DNA of 64,000 nt. It comes from Elusimicrobiaceae bacterium (GTDB lineage: Bacteria; Elusimicrobiota; Elusimicrobia; Elusimicrobiales; Elusimicrobiaceae). The stretch spans positions 74,161 through 138,160 of the forward strand of contig JAZNAY010000001.1 in NCBI GenBank assembly GCA_045586725.1, given 5' to 3'. Below, piece by piece: positions 44,161-54,206 of the stretch. The number at the start of each line of letters is the position of its first letter. The first letter of the stretch is position 1. The position numbers and the translations under genes are program-made. Below the pieces are notes generated by a model, which had not been told where the DNA came from, searched no databases, and worked only from the letters and a program-made list of their open reading frames with translations.

Positions 44161-46848
44161 TTAAATTTTACCTTCGTAGGCATCAAGGTAAATTTGTTTA
44201 ATATCCTTAAACAAAGGATAAACAGGGTTTGCAGCGGTACATTGATCATCAAAAGCAAGTTCTACAAGTTCGTCAAGTTTTGCCATAAAATCTTTGCGGC
44301 TTATACCGTAATCTTTTATTGAAGCCGGCAAACCGATATCCTTTTTGAGTTTAATGATGGCTTTAAGTAAGAGTTTTACTTTTTCATCATCATTTTTACC
44401 GCCGAGTTTAAGTTCATCGGCAATTTGCCCATAGCGTTCTTTTGCGCAAGGATATTTATATTGCGGGAAAGTTGCTTGTTTTTGAGGGCAATCGGTAGCG
44501 TTATATTTAATAACTTGGCAAATCAAAAGTGCATTTGCAACACCGTGCGGAATATTAAACATTGCCCCAAGTTTATGTGCCATAGAGTGGCATATACCTA
44601 AGAAAGCATTTGCAAAAGCCATACCGGCAATAGTTGCCGCATAGTGCATTTTTTCGCGTGCCAGAGGGTCTTTTGCACCGTCTTTATAAGAGCGTACCAA
44701 ATATTTGAAAACAAGTTTTGTTGCTTCTAAGGAATTTGAGTTCGTAAAGTTTGTTGCCATGCTTGAAACATATGCTTCTAAACAATGTACCAAAACATCA
44801 ATACCTGATGCTGCGGTTAAACCCTTTGGCATATTATCAACAAAGTTAGGATCTACTATTGCCATGTCAGGTGTTAAAGCATAGTCTGCAAGAGCATATT
44901 TGATATGGGTTTCGTCGTCGGTAATAATTGAAAACGGTGTTACTTCTGAACCTGTACCGGAAGTGGTAGGAATTGCAACCAAATTTGCTTTTACGCCAAG
45001 ATCGGGAATTTGGCAAATGCGTTTTCTAATGTCCATAAAGCGCATGGAAATATCTTCAAAATTAGTTTCCGGCTGCTCATACTTAAGCCAAATAACTTTT
45101 GCAACGTCCATCGGCGAGCCGCCACCAAGTGCGATAATCAAATCAGGCTCATACGGGTTAACAATATCCATTGCCTGTTTAACAGTTGAAAGGGTTGGAT
45201 CCGGTTTAACATCAAAGAAAATTTGATAATCAATATCAAGTTCTTCTAAAACATCGGTTACTGCGGAAACCGCACCTGAGTTAAATAAAAACCTGTCTGT
45301 AACGATAAAAGCACGTTTTTTGCCTTTTAAAACACGCAGGGCCAAATCAACCGCGCCCCTCTTAAAATAAATTTTCCTTGGAACTTTAAACCAAAGCATA
45401 TTCTCTCTCCTTTCTGCAACTGTTTTATAATTAAGAAGGTGTTCAACACCAATGTTTCCGCTGACGGAGTTACCGCCCCAAGAACCGCAACCTAAAGTCA
45501 AAGACGGTTCCAATTTGAAATTGTATAAGTCCCCTATTCCACCTTGTGAGGAGGGGGAATTGATAATCAAACGACAAGTAGGTATCTGGCCTGAAAAATA
45601 ATTTATTCTTGCCTGATTTAAGGGGTTTGTATAAAATGCGGCACTATGGCCTGCTCCGCCGAGTAAAACGAGTTTATGTGCAATATCAACTGCTTTTTTA
45701 AAATCTTCAGCACGATATAAAGCAATAACGGGGGAAAGTTTTTCATGCGCAAAGGGATTTAAGAAGTCGTAAGTCTTTTCTTCACCGACTAAAACCTTTG
45801 TCTCTTCCGGTACTTTTATACCGGCAAGTTTTGCAATCGTATGTGCTGTTTGACCGACGATTTTAGGGTTAACACTTGTGCAACCGCATTTTAAAGCGGC
45901 TTTTAAAGCGCCTGCACTGCAAGCAGCACCTTTTGTGCGTGGGTCAATTAAAAGGATTGAAGAAACTTTCTTTTCTTCTTTTGCATTTAAGATATAAGCA
46001 CCGCGTTTTACTAGTTCTTTTTTTACTTGGTCGTAAACCTTATCAACAACAATGATTGATTGTTCTGAGGCACAAATCATACCATTATCAAAAGTTTTTG
46101 AAAGTAAAATTGAACTTATCGCCATTTTAATATCTGCAGTTTCATCAATTACTGCCGGAACATTACCCGGCCCTACGCCGAGTGCCGGCCTGCCGGAAGA
46201 ATAAGATGCTTTGACCATCCCTGTACCGCCTGTTGCTAGAATAGTGGCAATATTTTCATCGTGTATTAAGTAGGTTGTCAGTTCAAGGGTGGGCTCATCT
46301 ATCCAGCCTATAATGTTTTCCGGTGCGCCTGCTTTTACGGCGGCATCTAAAACAATTTTTGCTGCTGCGATAGTGCTTTTTTTAGCGCGCGGATGGGGGG
46401 AGAAAATTATTCCGTTCCTTGTTTTTAAACAAATAAGAGATTTAAAAATTGCGGTGGATGTGGGGTTTGTTGTTGGGATAATTCCTGCGATAATGCCTAA
46501 AGGTTCGGCAACAATTTTTGTGCCGTTGATTTTATCTTCTTTAATAATACCGCAGGTTTTGACATTTTTGTGTTTATTAAAAATATATTCGCTGGCATAG
46601 TGGTTTTTGATAACTTTATCTTCCACCACGCCCATACCGGTATCTTCCACAGCCATTTTGGCAAGCGGTATGCGTGCTTTATTTGCGGCTGCTGCTGCTG
46701 CTTTAAAGATTGCATCAACTTGTTCCTGACTGAAAGTTGCAAAAATCTCTTGTGCTTTTTTGACTTTTTGAATTAAATTTTCCAAAGATTTAATTGAATC
46801 TACTTTTGTATTGTTTGTTTTAACGGTTTTTATTTCTTTTTTTGGCAT
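44161..46848 (-). CDS. adhE: bifunctional acetaldehyde-CoA / alcohol dehydrogenase
   Basis: 895 aa: N-terminal aldehyde dehydrogenase domain plus a C-terminal iron-type ADH (GGGSPMDVAK and His-rich metal site). Confidence 0.95.
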   Translation of the reverse strand: MPKKEIKTVKTNNTKVDSIKSLENLIQKVKKAQEIFATFSQEQVDAIFKAAAAAANKARIPLAKMAVEDTGMGVVEDKVIKNHYASEYIFNKHKNVKTCGIIKEDKINGTKIVAEPLGIIAGIIPTTNPTSTAIFKSLICLKTRNGIIFSPHPRAKKSTIAAAKIVLDAAVKAGAPENIIGWIDEPTLELTTYLIHDENIATILATGGTGMVKASYSSGRPALGVGPGNVPAVIDETADIKMAISSILLSKTFDNGMICASEQSIIVVDKVYDQVKKELVKRGAYILNAKEEKKVSSILLIDPRTKGAACSAGALKAALKCGCTSVNPKIVGQTAHTIAKLAGIKVPEETKVLVGEEKTYDFLNPFAHEKLSPVIALYRAEDFKKAVDIAHKLVLLGGAGHSAAFYTNPLNQARINYFSGQIPTCRLIINSPSSQGGIGDLYNFKLEPSLTLGCGSWGGNSVSGNIGVEHLLNYKTVAERRENMLWFKVPRKIYFKRGAVDLALRVLKGKKRAFIVTDRFLFNSGAVSAVTDVLEELDIDYQIFFDVKPDPTLSTVKQAMDIVNPYEPDLIIALGGGSPMDVAKVIWLKYEQPETNFEDISMRFMDIRKRICQIPDLGVKANLVAIPTTSGTGSEVTPFSIITDDETHIKYALADYALTPDMAIVDPNFVDNMPKGLTAASGIDVLVHCLEAYVSSMATNFTNSNSLEATKLVFKYLVRSYKDGAKDPLAREKMHYAATIAGMAFANAFLGICHSMAHKLGAMFNIPHGVANALLICQVIKYNATDCPQKQATFPQYKYPCAKERYGQIADELKLGGKNDDEKVKLLLKAIIKLKKDIGLPASIKDYGISRKDFMAKLDELVELAFDDQCTAANPVYPLFKDIKQIYLDAYEGKI

Positions 46849-46892
46849 AATTACTCCCTATATATATTTTACCAAAAAAGGAAGTGGAAAAA

Positions 46893-49268
46893 TTAAAAGC
46901 CAAATAAAATTCCGAATCTATACACCAAGAATGCTACAAGCCACGCGACCCCGCATTGAAACAAAACTACACCAAGGGCATAACGTCTGCCAAGTTCGCG
47001 CCGTACAGTCGCAATCGCGGCAACGCAAGGTGTGTAAAGCAAGCAAAAAACCAAAAAGACAAATGCGGTAAGTTGTGTAAATAAAGTTGGCAAAGCATCA
47101 ACATTTCCGCCCAGCAGAACGGTCAAAGTGCTGACAACACTTTCCTTTGCCATAAAGCCCGTTAGGAAAGAAGTGGAAATGCGCCAATCATGCATACCAA
47201 GCGGCGTAAAAATCGGCGTAATTAAGTTACCCAAAAAGGCAAGTATGCTGTTTGAAGAATCTGTTACTAAATTCAGACGTGTATCAAAACTTTGTAAAAA
47301 CCAAATTATCAAGGACGCAACAAAAATTATCGTAAATGCCTTTGTTATAAAACCTTTTGCTTTTAAATAAATCAGGCGCAAAACATTTATTGCACTCGGC
47401 AAACGGTAGTTTGGAAGTTCCATTACAAAGGGGGTGGCCTCGCCTTTATACACAAATGCTTTAAGCAAAAGTGCCATAATTATGCCGACTATTATCCCTA
47501 GCAAATATAAACTCAAAATCACAAGCACGCGGTTTTGCGTAAAAAATGCGGCAGTAAAAAACGCGTATATCGGCAGTTTGGCAGAGCAACTCATAAACGG
47601 TGTTAGCAAAATTGTCATTTTCCTATCCCTTTCAGATGGTAAAGTGCGGGCTGCCATGATTGCCGGAACGGAACAACCAAAGCCAATAAGCATCGGTACA
47701 AAACTGCGGCCGGAAAGCCCAAGTTTGCGAAGTGCCTTATCCATAATAAAAGCAACACGCGCCATATAACCGGTATCTTCCAAAATTGAGAGGAAGAAAA
47801 ATAAAACAACAATAATAGGCAAGAAACTTAAAACACTCCCAACACCTGCAAAAACACCGTTGATTATTAAAGAGTGTACAACGGGGTTTAAACCGTAAGC
47901 TGTTAGGCCTTTATCAGCAAGTGCGGTCAAATAAGCAATACCGCCGTCCAACCAATCTGATAAAACTCCGCCTACAGGCCCGAAAGTTAAATAAAAAATC
48001 ACGCCCATAATTGCCAAAAATGCCAAAAGCGCGGTGTATTTGCCGGTTAAGAAGCGGTCAATTTTAGTTGAAAGTTTATAACCTGCAGTTTCATAAGGGC
48101 GGCTAACAAATTGTTTGCATAAATTTTCAATAAAAGCAAAGCGCATATCAGCAAGTGCGGCGCTGTTTTCAAGGCCGGTTTCTTCTTCCATTTGTTCAAT
48201 AATATGGGTGCAGGTTTCCTTCTCGTTTTTATCAAGGTTTAAGGCTTTTAAAATCAGTTCATCATTTTCCGCTACTTTTGAAGCGGCAAAGCGGGGGGGT
48301 AAATCAGCGGCTTTAGCGTGGTCCTCAATTAAATGAACTATTGAATGCAAACATCTGTGAACTGCGCCTTCTTTGGTGTTAGTACTTGCGCAAAAATCTA
48401 AACGCGTGGGACGCTCTTGATAACGTGCAACATTTATAATATGTTCCACAAGTTCTTCAATACCCTGATTTTTTGTAGCAGATATTGCCACCACCGGCAC
48501 ACCTAGTGCATCTTCAAGGCCGTTTACGTCAATACTACCGCCGTTTTTGGTGACTTCGTCAATCATATTTAACGCAATAACCATCGGTACATTAACTTCA
48601 ATAAGTTGAGTTGTTAAAAACAAATTGCGCTCAATATTTGCGGCGTCAACTATATTTATAATGGCGTCCGGTTTTTGCTCCAAAATAAAATTGCGGGAAA
48701 TTATTTCCTCTTGTCCATAAGGGGAAAGGGAGTATATGCCCGGCAAATCTGTTATGGTCATATCGGGGTGCTGTTTGATTTTACCGTCTGTTCTGCTTAC
48801 TGTTACGCCAGGGAAGTTTCCTACCCTTTGATGTGCGCCCGTAAGACGGTTAAATAAAGTCGTTTTGCCTGAATTTTGGTTTCCGATTAAAGCCAAATGT
48901 AAATGTTTTTTGGGATTAATTAATTTTTTTGTTTGATAATAACTGCCCTCACCTTTTTGGGAGTGTGAAAGGTTCGAATCAAAATTTCTTAAATTTTCTT
49001 GTTTTTTGGCGTGTGTGGCTTTTTTGATATTTGTAATTAAAATTTTTTCTGCTTCGCTTTTGCGGAGTGTTAAAACATAACCTCGAATTTTAAATTCCAA
49101 AGGGTCACCAAGCGGTGCTGCCTTAATTAAAGTAACTTTAACACGTGGCGTTAAACCCATATCCAAGATATGGGTGCGCAGATGCGGATCACTACAATTT
49201 ATTGAAACTATTTCCGCCTCATGCCTTTTCGGTAAATCTGCAAGGGTTAAAAATTTTTCTTTATTCAT
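46893..49268 (-). CDS. feoB: ferrous iron transporter, FeoA-FeoB fusion
   Basis: N-terminal FeoA-like SH3 domain of about 80 aa. It is followed by a G domain (GNQNSGKTTLFN, DLPG) and a polytopic gate domain. Confidence 0.9.
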   Translation of the reverse strand: MNKEKFLTLADLPKRHEAEIVSINCSDPHLRTHILDMGLTPRVKVTLIKAAPLGDPLEFKIRGYVLTLRKSEAEKILITNIKKATHAKKQENLRNFDSNLSHSQKGEGSYYQTKKLINPKKHLHLALIGNQNSGKTTLFNRLTGAHQRVGNFPGVTVSRTDGKIKQHPDMTITDLPGIYSLSPYGQEEIISRNFILEQKPDAIINIVDAANIERNLFLTTQLIEVNVPMVIALNMIDEVTKNGGSIDVNGLEDALGVPVVAISATKNQGIEELVEHIINVARYQERPTRLDFCASTNTKEGAVHRCLHSIVHLIEDHAKAADLPPRFAASKVAENDELILKALNLDKNEKETCTHIIEQMEEETGLENSAALADMRFAFIENLCKQFVSRPYETAGYKLSTKIDRFLTGKYTALLAFLAIMGVIFYLTFGPVGGVLSDWLDGGIAYLTALADKGLTAYGLNPVVHSLIINGVFAGVGSVLSFLPIIVVLFFFLSILEDTGYMARVAFIMDKALRKLGLSGRSFVPMLIGFGCSVPAIMAARTLPSERDRKMTILLTPFMSCSAKLPIYAFFTAAFFTQNRVLVILSLYLLGIIVGIIMALLLKAFVYKGEATPFVMELPNYRLPSAINVLRLIYLKAKGFITKAFTIIFVASLIIWFLQSFDTRLNLVTDSSNSILAFLGNLITPIFTPLGMHDWRISTSFLTGFMAKESVVSTLTVLLGGNVDALPTLFTQLTAFVFLVFCLLYTPCVAAIATVRRELGRRYALGVVLFQCGVAWLVAFLVYRFGILFGF

Positions 49269-49370
49269 ATTATATGTTAGTCCTACCTAACAATATTATA
49301 GCATATATTAAGTGCTGATTTTTGATATAATTAAAATATAGACGTAAAATTTTAACCGGAGATATTTATA

Positions 49371-50150
49371 ATGGATAATCAAGAACCTAATATTCCGTTT
49401 TATCTTTCTTTTAATAAACTCGGCAGGAATAATGAAGATTTCAGCCAAAATGTAAAGAAGACAAAAGCAGTTTTATATATTATGATTCCGATATTTTGTA
49501 TTTTTGGAATAGTGGCTATAATATGGGGTAGTGTATCAAGATCACTCGCCTGCACTTATAACAATAATGCTGCTTATGATTGCCGTATAATTTCAAACAA
49601 TATTTTTACAGGGAATAATACCAAAAATTATTCTAATATCCGTGGCGTGACTTTGGCAAGCCAAAGAGGTAGTCAATCTACTATGTACCAAATTCAATTA
49701 GTTGATAATAAAGGAAATCAACTTTCTTATACAAATACTTGGGAAAGCCCTGCAACTTCATTAAGAAAGAAAGTAGATGAACTTAATAAGTATTTTAATT
49801 CCAATAAAAATTTTTCTTATGATTTTGGGGTTGAATGGATACTTATTTGTATGGGTTTGGCATTTATAATTGTACCCTTTATTATATTAGCCGTTTTTAA
49901 ACATTATACAGATAATTATATTTTTGAAAAGGTAAGGCCCGGCTATTATAAAGCCGTATTAAAAGCAAAAGGCATAGGTAAAATGAATTTGAATGAAGAA
50001 CAAATGAAAACGATTTTGCATCAGTCTTTAGAAGGCGGACAAAAAACGCCGGAACAAGTTTATGAAGAATCTTGGAACAAAAAAGATCAGGCTTTTAAAG
50101 ATAAGGATGTTGAAGATTTAACAAAACAATTTTACGAGGATGAAAAATAA
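49371..50150 (+). CDS. hypothetical two-TM membrane protein
   Basis: 259-aa ORF with two hydrophobic helices and no recognisable motif. Confidence 0.45.
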   Translation: MDNQEPNIPFYLSFNKLGRNNEDFSQNVKKTKAVLYIMIPIFCIFGIVAIIWGSVSRSLACTYNNNAAYDCRIISNNIFTGNNTKNYSNIRGVTLASQRGSQSTMYQIQLVDNKGNQLSYTNTWESPATSLRKKVDELNKYFNSNKNFSYDFGVEWILICMGLAFIIVPFIILAVFKHYTDNYIFEKVRPGYYKAVLKAKGIGKMNLNEEQMKTILHQSLEGGQKTPEQVYEESWNKKDQAFKDKDVEDLTKQFYEDEK

Positions 50151-50151
50151 T

Positions 50152-51186
50152 ATGAAAAAATTATTAGTACTTTTAACTTTTATTTTTTGTGCCGGGTTTT
50201 TATCAGCACAATCGGGGAAACAACTTTTAAATCAAATCGGGCGCGCGCCTGTAAAAACGGTAAAACCGAAAGGCGAAATGCGCATTTTTGTTAAAGATGG
50301 GGAGGAAGTTATAACAAATTTCCCATCAAATTATTTGACTACTACACCCAAAATTCATATAGTTTTTCCTTCTGAAAATTCCGAACGCAAGCCATCAATA
50401 TATATAATTTCACCTGAAGAACTTGATAAATCAAAAATTGAAGAAATGTACCCCGCATTTTACGGTAAATATTATTTTATAACCGTTAAATTAGAGGAGG
50501 GGGAAAATAAATTCGCGCAATTTTTAACTACCGAACTTTTGCCTTATATTGAAGTAAATTATGCCATTTCTTCTAATCCGCAAGACCGCACCTTAATTGC
50601 AAAAAATTCTTACGCGGTAAGTTTTTTGGCTGATTTAAAAAATGTTTCCGCTTACTTAAAAAATGCGGCACTTGGGTTTGATTATTCTTCACCTTTACCA
50701 AAAATCGAAGCGGTGCAGGGCCTTAATTTGTGGGCGGAGGGCCCCGTAGATAATATGGCTGCTTTGCACGCTGCGCTTGCCAAACAAAATTTAGTTTATC
50801 TAAAAGATTTTGCTTATGATATTGTCGCAGGTGGTACAAAGCATTTTGATAATTTGGAATTTTTATTTAATAAAATCGGCCGTAAAATTACAAAAATTAC
50901 GACGTACCAACAATTTGAAACGCTTGATTTAAGCAAAGATTTTGAATCACTTTTCTGGCTTAATTTAAAGTCAAAAAGCGGTTATAATTTAGCGTATGTT
51001 CCGCAAGATTTACGCATTGCGCCACCTTTGCTTAATTGGAACAAGGAGCAGGCTTCATTTAACATAATTTCCGGTGCAAATGAGGGAAAAGTCAAAATTT
51101 ACGGTAGAACCGAGTTCGGCAAGAAATTTACTGCTAAATTTAATCTTATTGACAGTGCAAAACAAGCAAAAAACACTAAAAATTAA
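50152..51186 (+). CDS. hypothetical secreted protein (faint esterase-fold resemblance, no GxSxG)
   Basis: Signal peptide MKKLLVLLTFIFCAGFLSAQ from the ATG at 50152. The ELLPYIEVNY segment resembles the putative-esterase family, but the nucleophile motif is absent. Confidence 0.45.
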   Translation: MKKLLVLLTFIFCAGFLSAQSGKQLLNQIGRAPVKTVKPKGEMRIFVKDGEEVITNFPSNYLTTTPKIHIVFPSENSERKPSIYIISPEELDKSKIEEMYPAFYGKYYFITVKLEEGENKFAQFLTTELLPYIEVNYAISSNPQDRTLIAKNSYAVSFLADLKNVSAYLKNAALGFDYSSPLPKIEAVQGLNLWAEGPVDNMAALHAALAKQNLVYLKDFAYDIVAGGTKHFDNLEFLFNKIGRKITKITTYQQFETLDLSKDFESLFWLNLKSKSGYNLAYVPQDLRIAPPLLNWNKEQASFNIISGANEGKVKIYGRTEFGKKFTAKFNLIDSAKQAKNTKN

Positions 51187-51199
51187 CCCAAAAAGGGTA

Positions 51200-51210
51200 A
51201 GTTATCCACA
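51200..51210 (+). promoter_or_regulatory. perfect DnaA-box 9-mer within the 11-mer AGTTATCCACA
   Basis: TTATCCACA at 51202-51210 matches the consensus exactly. Confidence 0.4.
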
Positions 51211-51235
51211 ATTTATAGATATTTTTAATTATTGT

Positions 51236-51266
51236 GCCCTAAAACATGGGTTTTAGGGCTTTTGTA
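51236..51266 (+). terminator. rho-independent terminator
   Basis: GCCCTAAAAC ATGG GTTTTAGGGC TTTTG. Confidence 0.7.
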
Positions 51267-51325
51267 TTGGGGAAATTTGCTTAAATACTGCTTATTTTAA
51301 TCACAAAAACTAACCTAATTTAATG

Positions 51326-51336
51326 AGTTATCCACA
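51326..51336 (+). promoter_or_regulatory. second perfect DnaA-box 9-mer within an identical 11-mer AGTTATCCACA
   Basis: TTATCCACA at 51328-51336, on the same strand, 126 bp from the first. Confidence 0.4.
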
Positions 51337-51365
51337 GTTTCTATGCAAAAAGGGTTAGAAATTGG

Positions 51366-53387
51366 CTATTTTTTCTTTTTTCTGTGGATTTTGCTAGCAG
51401 GTAAGGCCATCTCTTTAAGGTCAAATAAGCGGTCGCGGAGTTCTGCGGCAAGTTCAAAGTTTAAATTATCGGCGGCATCAAGCATTTGCTTTTCTATTTC
51501 TTTAATTAGAAGCGGAATATTTTTTGCCTCGGGCAAAACTGCACTTTCATTATGAATCAATGCAAGTGAAGATTCACGTGAACTTTCCTCAAATTCCTTT
51601 AACTCAACTTCTGCTTTAACAATACTTTTCGGTGTAATATGGTGCTCTTCATTATACGCGGTTTGAATTTTACGGCGGCGTTCCATTTCCGCAAGCGCAT
51701 ATTTTATTGCCGGTGTTTCTTTTTGGGCATACAAGACAACCTCGCCTTTTGCATTACGTGCGGCGCGGCCTGCAATTTGAATAAGCGTTGTTTCATTTCT
51801 TAAAAAGCCTTGATTATCGGCTTCTAAAATCGCAACAAGGCCGACTTGCGGAATATCAAGCCCCTCGCGGAGTAAATTTATCCCGACTAAAACATCATAT
51901 TTTCCTTTTGTGAAATCTTGCAAAATATCAATTCTTTCAAGCGCATCTAAACTGCTATGCAAATAAGTTGCTTTTAAACCTTTTTCCAGAAGGTAAACTG
52001 ATAAATCTTCGGCAGTCTTTTTTGTTAAAGACAAAACCAAAACGCGTTGTTTTTGTTTGATTTTTTCTTGTATGCGTGTAAGCAAATCTTCAAGTTGCCC
52101 TTGGGCCGGGCGGATGATTACAGGTGGATCAATTAAACCGGTAGGGCGGATAATTTGCTCCACGATATTATTGCCGCTTACCGTTAGTTCATAAGGCCCA
52201 GGCGTAGCGGAAACAAAGACGGTATTTGGCAGTAAGCTTTCCCACTCATCAAATTTTAAGGGGCGGTTATCTAATGCACTTGGCAGACGGAAACCAAAGT
52301 CAATAAGCATTTGTTTTCTTGCACGGTCCCCGTTAAACATACCGCGTATTTGCGGAACGGCAACATGTGATTCATCAACAAAAACCAAAAAATCTTTAAA
52401 GCGTTTAAAGTAATCAAATAAACAGTTTGGTCTTGCACCGGGTTGACGGTGCTCAAGCACGCGCGAATAGTTTTCAATACCCGCGCACATTCCGCTTTGG
52501 CGGAGCATGGCAAGGTCATAATTTGTGCGCTCTTTAATGCGTTGCGCCTCAAGCAATTTGTTTTGGCTTTCAAAATATTTTATGCGCTCATCACGTTCAC
52601 GCTCAATATCCGCAAGGGCGCTTTCAAAGCCTTCTTCGCCCTGCACAAATTGTTTTGCAGGGGAAAGCCAAACATCATCAAGTTCATTTACAACTTCCAT
52701 CGTTAATGGGTTAATTTCTTGTAAAGTTGTGACGGTATTTAAGTTTAAGCCGATGCGCAAAGCCGTCTGTGAATATGGGGGGAAAACATCAATAAAAGCG
52801 CCCCTTATGCGGAAAGTGCCTTCATGGAAATCCATTTCGTTTCTTTCATATTGGATTTTAATTAAGTGTTTTGTAAAAGCAGTTCTGTTTAACTGCGCGC
52901 CGCGTTTTAAATAAATACGCAATTTCTCAAATTGTTCCGGCGATCCAATATTATAAATAGATGAAACGGATGCGATAACAATAACATCATTTCTTGTAAG
53001 CAAAGAGTTTGTGGCTTTTAGGCGTAACTTTTCAATATGGCTGTTAATTGATGCGTCCTTTTCAATATAACTGTCAGTTTGTGGAATATAGGCTTCCGGC
53101 TGATAATAATCGTAGTAAGAAATAAAATATTCTACGGCATTTTCCGGGAAAAACTGTTTAAATTCGGCATATAATTGTGCCGCTAAAACTTTGTTTGGGG
53201 ACATTATTAAAGTCGGGCGCTGCAAGTTTTCAATAACACTTGCCATAGTAAAAGTTTTACCTGAACCAGTAACGCCAAGCAAAGTTTGGCGTTTAGCATC
53301 AGCCAAAATATTATTTGTTAGTTTTTTTATTGCTTCCGGTTGAGAGCCTGCCACCTTAAACGGCGCAACAAGTTTTAATTTCTGCAT
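51366..53387 (-). CDS. uvrB: excinuclease ABC subunit B
   Basis: Walker A GVTGSGKTFT, helicase motifs, and a C-terminal UVR domain (ELAAELRDRL). Confidence 0.95.
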   Translation of the reverse strand: MQKLKLVAPFKVAGSQPEAIKKLTNNILADAKRQTLLGVTGSGKTFTMASVIENLQRPTLIMSPNKVLAAQLYAEFKQFFPENAVEYFISYYDYYQPEAYIPQTDSYIEKDASINSHIEKLRLKATNSLLTRNDVIVIASVSSIYNIGSPEQFEKLRIYLKRGAQLNRTAFTKHLIKIQYERNEMDFHEGTFRIRGAFIDVFPPYSQTALRIGLNLNTVTTLQEINPLTMEVVNELDDVWLSPAKQFVQGEEGFESALADIERERDERIKYFESQNKLLEAQRIKERTNYDLAMLRQSGMCAGIENYSRVLEHRQPGARPNCLFDYFKRFKDFLVFVDESHVAVPQIRGMFNGDRARKQMLIDFGFRLPSALDNRPLKFDEWESLLPNTVFVSATPGPYELTVSGNNIVEQIIRPTGLIDPPVIIRPAQGQLEDLLTRIQEKIKQKQRVLVLSLTKKTAEDLSVYLLEKGLKATYLHSSLDALERIDILQDFTKGKYDVLVGINLLREGLDIPQVGLVAILEADNQGFLRNETTLIQIAGRAARNAKGEVVLYAQKETPAIKYALAEMERRRKIQTAYNEEHHITPKSIVKAEVELKEFEESSRESSLALIHNESAVLPEAKNIPLLIKEIEKQMLDAADNLNFELAAELRDRLFDLKEMALPASKIHRKKKK

Positions 53388-53388
53388 G

Positions 53389-54069
53389 CTATTTCATTAT
53401 ATGCAAATAGTCGGGGTTAATTAGGTTTGGTATAAGTTGGGCTACACCTTCAATAACAAATTGTACTGCGATTGCGCAAAGAATAAGCCCCATAGTTCTT
53501 GAAACGATTTGCATACCGTTCCTTCTTAAAATTTTAAAGAACCATCTTGAAAGATATAAAGCAGCACCTATAATCACGCAGGCAACTGCAGCGGCAATTA
53601 CCATAAGCATTTTGGTACCGGCACCGTCTGCACGTTGTGAGAACAAAATAACAGTTGTCATTGCACCGGGGCCAAAGAAAACCGGTGTAGCAACAGGTAC
53701 CATAATTGAACTGAAACGGTTTGTGGCGACTGACAAAGCATTATCATTTTTAGTTGTATCCATACCGTCGGGATCAAATTTAGGTTTACCGTTTAAGATG
53801 CGGAAACCAATCATCATGATAAGTATACCACCGGCGATTCTAAAGGCCGGTATCGTTATACCGAATAATGATAGTAAAGGTTGACCTGTAAAATAGAAAA
53901 TTATGATTAAAGCAAAAATCGCAATTGCTATAAGTATAGCAACATTTTTTTGTACTTCGGCTGTTTCGGAGTTGACGTGTTCCATAAATATCGGTATATT
54001 ACCGATAGGGTTTAATATAGCAAGTAATGCTATAAAAAAGTTTAGGGCTAAAGAAAAATCTATGTTCAT
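53389..54069 (-). CDS. MarC family (UPF0056) integral membrane protein
   Basis: Starts MNIDFSLALNFFIALLAILNPIGNIPIF at the ATG at 54069. The ORF-track extension to 54153 runs through tRNA-Val. Confidence 0.85.
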   Translation of the reverse strand: MNIDFSLALNFFIALLAILNPIGNIPIFMEHVNSETAEVQKNVAILIAIAIFALIIIFYFTGQPLLSLFGITIPAFRIAGGILIMMIGFRILNGKPKFDPDGMDTTKNDNALSVATNRFSSIMVPVATPVFFGPGAMTTVILFSQRADGAGTKMLMVIAAAVACVIIGAALYLSRWFFKILRRNGMQIVSRTMGLILCAIAVQFVIEGVAQLIPNLINPDYLHIMK

Positions 54070-54095
54070 TTTATCTCTGTTTACACGAGAAATTT

Positions 54096-54167
54096 TGGGC
54101 AGTACAGGGTTCGAACCTGTGACCTTCCGCGTGTGAGGCGGACGCGCTACCACTGCGCCAACTGCCC
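54096..54167 (-). tRNA. tRNA-Val (anticodon CAC)
   Basis: Minus strand: GGGCAGT TG GCGC AGTGGTA GCGC G TCCGC CTCACAC GCGGA AGGTC ACAGG TTCGAAC CCTGT ACTGCCC A. Confidence 0.9.
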
Positions 54168-54206
54168 TTGTCTTTACTATATTTTAGCAAATTATTTGTG
54201 CGTTTT

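Noticed and set aside
49269-49370. Possible Fur box upstream of feoAB
   Set aside because: The region is AT-rich, but I could not find a convincing 19-bp GATAATGATAATCATTATC-like palindrome by eye.
51200-51336. Calling this region the chromosomal replication origin (oriC)
   Set aside because: There are only two perfect boxes, no dnaA or dnaN nearby and no evident AT-rich 13-mer-type unwinding repeats. The site lies between convergent genes. It is reported as an observation, not annotated as oriC.
54070-54153. N-terminal extension of the MarC-family ORF (MVARPPHTRKVTGSNPVLPK...)
   Set aside because: It reads through tRNA-Val on the same strand. The ATG at 54069 gives the canonical MarC N-terminus.
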